From assembly GCA_963748625.1 (NCBI GenBank), contig CAVVJT010000004.1:256001-320000 (forward strand): DNA of 64,000 nucleotides, given 5' to 3'. Below are positions 59,874 to 64,000 of this stretch, one piece after another. The notes beneath the pieces were generated by a model, which did not search any database, was not told the DNA's origin, and saw only the letters and a list, made by a program, of their open reading frames with translations. Origin of the DNA: an uncultured Chloroflexia bacterium (GTDB lineage Bacteria; Chloroflexota; Limnocylindria; Limnocylindrales; CSP1-4). The number at the start of each line of letters is the position of its first letter. Position 1 is the stretch's first letter. The position numbers and the translations under genes are program-made.

Positions 59874-61247
59874 TCAGAAGGTGAAGCGTTCGGCGTGCAC
59901 GTGGCGCGCCGGCACGCCGGCCTCGGCCAGCGAGCGCTCGACACGCGCCATGAAGTCATCTGGGCCGCACAGGAACACATCCTGGTCGGCGATGTCGGGG
60001 ACGAGGCTGCGGAGGGTGGCGGCGGTCATCGGGTCGGGCGGGACCTCCACTCCGCGCCTGCCCACGAGGTAGTGCACGGTGGCGCCGCGCGCCTGCGCGA
60101 GGAGGTCGATCTCCGAGCGCAGGGCAAGGTCCTCCACCAACGCCGCGCGGTAGAGCAGCGTGAGCTCTCCCGGGCGCGCCGCGAGCGACTCGAGGAGGGC
60201 CCGCATCGGCGCGATGCCGATTCCCGCGGCGATCAACGTCACGCGGGGCCTGGTTCGCACGGCGCCCGACAGGATGCCGTAGGGGCCTTCGAGGAAGGTC
60301 TTCGTGCCGACGGGGATCTCCCCGATCCGGGCCGAGTCATCCCCGAGCGCCTTGACCGTGAACCGCAGCCACTCGCCGTTGGGGGCGGACGAGATCGAGT
60401 ACGGGTGGGCCCGCCACCAGGTGCGCCGGGTCATGAACCGCACGACGAAGTACTGGCCGGAGCGGACCGCGAGCCGGTCGAGGTCACGTCCGCCGAGGTA
60501 CACGGAGGTCACGCCCGGCCCCTCGGCCACCACGGCGCTCACTCGCAGGTGGTGGCGCTGGTTGAGCACGACGGGCGCCCCGAACCGGAACACCACGACC
60601 AGGACGGCGGCGAGGATGTAGAGCGCGATCCAGTACAGGGCGGCCAGCGGGTCACGGGTGAAATCCGCACCGACGAAGAGCTGGTGGAGGAACGCGAGGG
60701 CGACGCCCAGGTAGGCGTACCAGTGCAGCCAGTACCAGGTCTCGTAGGAGACCCGGCGCCGCACGGCACGCATCGAGGTCACGCCCACCAGGAGGAACAT
60801 CGCGAACCCGACGAGCGCCCACAGGACGTACGGGAAGCTGCCAAGCAGGTCGGCCACCTCCGCGAGCAGGTCGCGCCCGTCGGCGAGCGCCCAGCCGGCC
60901 AGCGTGAACGACACGTGCGCGCTGATCAGCCAGACGGTGCCGAACCCGAGCCAGCGATGCAACCATGCGAGACGGTCCGGACCGAACGCCTCGTCAAACC
61001 AGGGGCTGCGACCCATGAGCACGAGCTGGATCAGGGCAAGGTACGTGCCGAGGAGCGCGGTCAGCTGGCCCGCCGCCGTCAGGACTCCCGCAGGCGTGCC
61101 GAGCTGCTCGAGCCCCCCGTGGCGGATCCACATCAGGACGATGAACAGCCCGTTCCCGGCAAGGAGCAGCCCGATGTCACGCGAGGTGACGCCCCAGTGG
61201 CGGGGCAGCGGTGCCGACCTGGGCCGGGCAGCGGGAGCGGAGGCCAT
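59874..61247 (-). CDS. Ferric reductase-like membrane oxidoreductase with FAD/NAD-binding domains
   Basis: Heme His residues (LHRWLG, LHWYAY), HPYSISS, EGPYG, GIGIAP, CGP and ERF. Confidence 0.9.
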   Translation of the reverse strand: MASAPAARPRSAPLPRHWGVTSRDIGLLLAGNGLFIVLMWIRHGGLEQLGTPAGVLTAAGQLTALLGTYLALIQLVLMGRSPWFDEAFGPDRLAWLHRWLGFGTVWLISAHVSFTLAGWALADGRDLLAEVADLLGSFPYVLWALVGFAMFLLVGVTSMRAVRRRVSYETWYWLHWYAYLGVALAFLHQLFVGADFTRDPLAALYWIALYILAAVLVVVFRFGAPVVLNQRHHLRVSAVVAEGPGVTSVYLGGRDLDRLAVRSGQYFVVRFMTRRTWWRAHPYSISSAPNGEWLRFTVKALGDDSARIGEIPVGTKTFLEGPYGILSGAVRTRPRVTLIAAGIGIAPMRALLESLAARPGELTLLYRAALVEDLALRSEIDLLAQARGATVHYLVGRRGVEVPPDPMTAATLRSLVPDIADQDVFLCGPDDFMARVERSLAEAGVPARHVHAERFTF

Positions 61248-61253
61248 GGGGCG

Positions 61254-61286
61254 ATGGTCGGGCGCCGCCATGAGAAGCCCCTGAGA
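61254..61286 (-). promoter_or_regulatory. MprA-box-like direct repeat promoter TCTCAG-N5-TCTCAT-N10-GACCAT
   Basis: The -10-like hexamer lies 6 nt before ATG 61247. Confidence 0.65.
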
Positions 61287-61296
61287 GCGACCCGGG

Positions 61297-63234
61297 TCAG
61301 CGGGCGCCCGAGCAGTCGTAGAGCTGGGCCGACACGCCGGCCACCGGGGAGCAGGCCGCCTGCACCCAGGCGGCACGCGCGCCGGCCGTGTTCCCCTGGC
61401 CGTCACCTCCGAAGAACCCACCGGGCCCTCCCCCGCCGAAGCCGCCCAGGAGGACGAAGCGGAGACGGCCGTCGGCCACGAAGCGCTGCAGCTGCTCGAG
61501 GGTGGGCGCCGGGTCGGAGCCCATGAAGCCGCCCATGGCCATGACCGGCACACCGGTTGCGAGCTGGAGGGGTCCGGCCTGGTTGGCCGACGCGACCGCC
61601 ACCAGCCAGGACTCGTCGCCGTGATTGGCGAGCAGGTAGGCCGCAACCCCGGGGTCGGCAGCGTCGCCCCAGAACCCGCCCGGGCCGCCCGGACCTCCCC
61701 CGAAGCGGGCGTCGCCCGGACCCGCGACCGGGTCGCCGCCCGCGATCGGACCGCTGATGGTCTCGGCTGCGTACAGCACGGGCCCCACGAGCATGGCACC
61801 AAGACCGATCGTGAGCGCCCACGCCCCCAGGCGCGGGGACCGCGGATCGCTCACGAACGCCGCCGTCACCAGCACGATCGACGCCGCGATCGCGACGGAC
61901 AGGGCGCCCAGCCCAGCGCCCGGCCAGAAGTCCGGCGTGCGCTCCAGCAGCTGCCAGCCGACCGCGGCGGACGCGACGATGATCAGCGCGAGCCCGATGC
62001 TGGCCCACGGCCGGCGATCCCGCAGGGCCCACAGCTCGGCGATCCCGCCGCCTGCCAGGGCTGCGGCGGCCGGTGCGATCGCAACCGCGTAGTACGGGTG
62101 CGCGATCCCGCTCATCAGCGAGAACACCAGGACATGGACGAGGGCCCACGTCCCCCACAGCAGGAACGCCGCACGACCTGGATCGGTGCGCGGTGCGCGC
62201 AACCGGCAGGCCAGTCCCGCCACGAGGCCGATCGCCGCAGCGGGCAGCAGCCACGCGACCTGGCCACCCCACTCCGCGTTGAACATGCGCAACAGGCCCG
62301 GACTGCCTCCGAAGCCACCAGGCCCGCCGGGTCCGCCACCGCGGCCGATCCCACCCGCCGCTCCCTCCCTGCCGAAGATGCGCCCGAGACCGTCGTACCC
62401 GAGGACCAGGTCGAGCGCGGTGTTATTGGTGCTCCCGCCGATGTAGGGCCTGGATGCCGCCGGCACGAGGTCCACCACGGCGACCCACCACGCCGAAGCG
62501 CCCACCACCGCGACCGCCGCGGCGGCCAGACCTCCGATCCGTCTGGTCACGCTCCCGGGCGCCGCCACGAGCCAGGCGAGCAGGAACGCCGGGAGCACCA
62601 GGTAGGCCTGGAGGTACTTGGTGAGGAACGCGAAGCCAACGAGCACGCCGGCCAGGACGGCCCAGCGGATCCGGCCCCGGTCAAGGCCCCGGACCACCGC
62701 CCATGCCGCCGCCACGAGGATGGCGACGAGGATGGCGTCGGGGTTGTTGTAGCGGAACATCAGGACGGCCACCGGCGTGAGCGCGAAGAACCCGCCGGCG
62801 AGCAGGGCGGCGAGCCGCCCCAGCTGGCGGCGGACCGCGTCCCACAGCAGCAGCACGGCCACCACGCCGCACAGGGCCTCCGGCACGAGGACCGATAACG
62901 GGCTCAGCCCGAACAAGCGCACCGACAACCCCATGAGCCAGAGCGAGACCGGGGGCTTGTCGACCGTGATGAAGCCCGCGGCGTCGATCGAGCCGAAGAA
63001 GAGGGCTCCCCAGTCCCGGGATCCGGCCTGCGCCGCAGCCGAGTAGTAGGTGTTGGCGTACCCGCTCACGTCGAGGTTCCACAGGTACAGCACCCCAGCC
63101 AGGACGGCGAGAGCGAACGGGACGAGGCGCCACGCTCGCTCGACGCCCGGGCGCTGGAGCGGGGCGGGCTCGGCGCCCGGACCGGCGCCCGGGTCCCCGG
63201 TCGATGCGGGTCCGGCGCTGGGCGGCTGGGTCAC
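61297..63234 (-). CDS. GT39/ArnT-like glycosyltransferase (YkcB-like)
   Basis: YANTYYSAA, ITVDKPP, NNPD, RPYIGGS and MGGFMGSDP. Confidence 0.88.
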   Translation of the reverse strand: MTQPPSAGPASTGDPGAGPGAEPAPLQRPGVERAWRLVPFALAVLAGVLYLWNLDVSGYANTYYSAAAQAGSRDWGALFFGSIDAAGFITVDKPPVSLWLMGLSVRLFGLSPLSVLVPEALCGVVAVLLLWDAVRRQLGRLAALLAGGFFALTPVAVLMFRYNNPDAILVAILVAAAWAVVRGLDRGRIRWAVLAGVLVGFAFLTKYLQAYLVLPAFLLAWLVAAPGSVTRRIGGLAAAAVAVVGASAWWVAVVDLVPAASRPYIGGSTNNTALDLVLGYDGLGRIFGREGAAGGIGRGGGPGGPGGFGGSPGLLRMFNAEWGGQVAWLLPAAAIGLVAGLACRLRAPRTDPGRAAFLLWGTWALVHVLVFSLMSGIAHPYYAVAIAPAAAALAGGGIAELWALRDRRPWASIGLALIIVASAAVGWQLLERTPDFWPGAGLGALSVAIAASIVLVTAAFVSDPRSPRLGAWALTIGLGAMLVGPVLYAAETISGPIAGGDPVAGPGDARFGGGPGGPGGFWGDAADPGVAAYLLANHGDESWLVAVASANQAGPLQLATGVPVMAMGGFMGSDPAPTLEQLQRFVADGRLRFVLLGGFGGGGPGGFFGGDGQGNTAGARAAWVQAACSPVAGVSAQLYDCSGAR

Positions 63235-63253
63235 GCGGGCGTTGGCTCCTGGC

Positions 63254-63995
63254 TCAACCCTGGCCGCGCGTGAGCTGCAGCTGGATCTCCAGGATCCCCT
63301 GGTCCTCCACGGACAGCACCATCATCGACTGGGGCTTCGCAATGCCGAAGTCCGCGAACTTGATCGGCAGCGAGCCCGCGACAGTGACGACATCCCCAGC
63401 CAGGCGGGCCTGGAGCGGGATCTCGACGGACTTGGTGACGCCGTGGAGCGTGAGGTCACCCGTCGCGGTCGCCTCGACCGTCGCCCCGTCGGCCGGCACG
63501 GAACCGAGATCGATCGGTGCCGTGAGCGTGAACGTGGCCGTCGGGAACCGGCCGGTCTCGAGCGCCTGGCCCTCCAGCTGCCCGTCGCGCCGGGAGTTGT
63601 CGCTCTTCAAGGTGGTCAGGTCCGCGGTGAACTCGGCAGCCTCGATGGTGCTGCCGTTGAGGGTGATGCTCCCCGTGACATCGGGTGTGCGACCCACGGC
63701 CTCGGTCGCGCCAATGTTGGCGAGCGTCTCCTTCACGCGGTAGCCGACAAAGGAGCCCGAGAAGTCCGAGAAGGAGCCGACCGACGGATCCACGGTCCAC
63801 ATGCCGTCAGCACCCTCCGCCGGAGGCGGTTCCCGGGGTGGCAACGGGCGCGGGCGTCCCGAGCGACACGGGGGCCGGTCCCGAAGGACGCAGGAAGAGG
63901 TACCAGAGGCCACCTGCCGCCACGAGGAGGACGGCGATGACCGCGACGATGCCGATGAGCGGCTTCCTGTTGGACGCGGGACGCTGGGTTGTCAC
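63254..63995 (-). CDS. YceI-family lipid-binding protein (frameshift near 63830-63910)
   Basis: N-terminal TM in ORF 63807..63995; SDNSRRD, FPTATF and GDLTLHGVT. Confidence 0.85.
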
Positions 63996-64000
63996 CTGGG

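Noticed and set aside
7575-63995. Frameshifts in at least 13 genes as programmed frameshifting or mass pseudogenisation
   Set aside because: They hit unrelated genes including carB and ferritin, show no common slippery motif and come without in-frame stops; long-read indel error is the simpler explanation.

Overview
High-GC (~70%) bacterial chromosomal window with about 60 genes; gene content suggests Chloroflexota, possibly Limnocylindria-like (inference only). There is no rRNA, tRNA, CRISPR array or intact transposase. At least 13 genes, including carB, carry single-base frameshifts, which most likely reflect long-read assembly error. Main blocks: (1) aldolase and small GNAT/RidA genes; (2) an ABC exporter-rsgA-GNAT-GNAT-ridA operon behind a leader peptide and attenuator-like hairpins; (3) coxD/coxE/xdhC/mocA molybdoenzyme maturation genes interrupted by a Phd-PIN toxin-antitoxin pair; (4) three ECF sigma/anti-sigma pairs, two arranged as secreted target - sigma - anti-sigma, where the anti-sigma tail resembles the target; (5) a three-gene TasA/SipW-type surface-fibre operon with an adhesin carrying six identical 315-bp repeats; (6) M16 peptidases, ArsR, CopC with a membrane partner, and ferritin; (7) carAB behind tandem PyrR-binding hairpins and a short uORF; (8) an OmpR-family two-component system with MprA-box-like promoters, clustered with HtrA, an ApbE flavinylation/ferric-reductase module, a GT39-like glycosyltransferase and YceI. 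Several intergenic inverted-repeat elements and many apparently leaderless genes are also visible.
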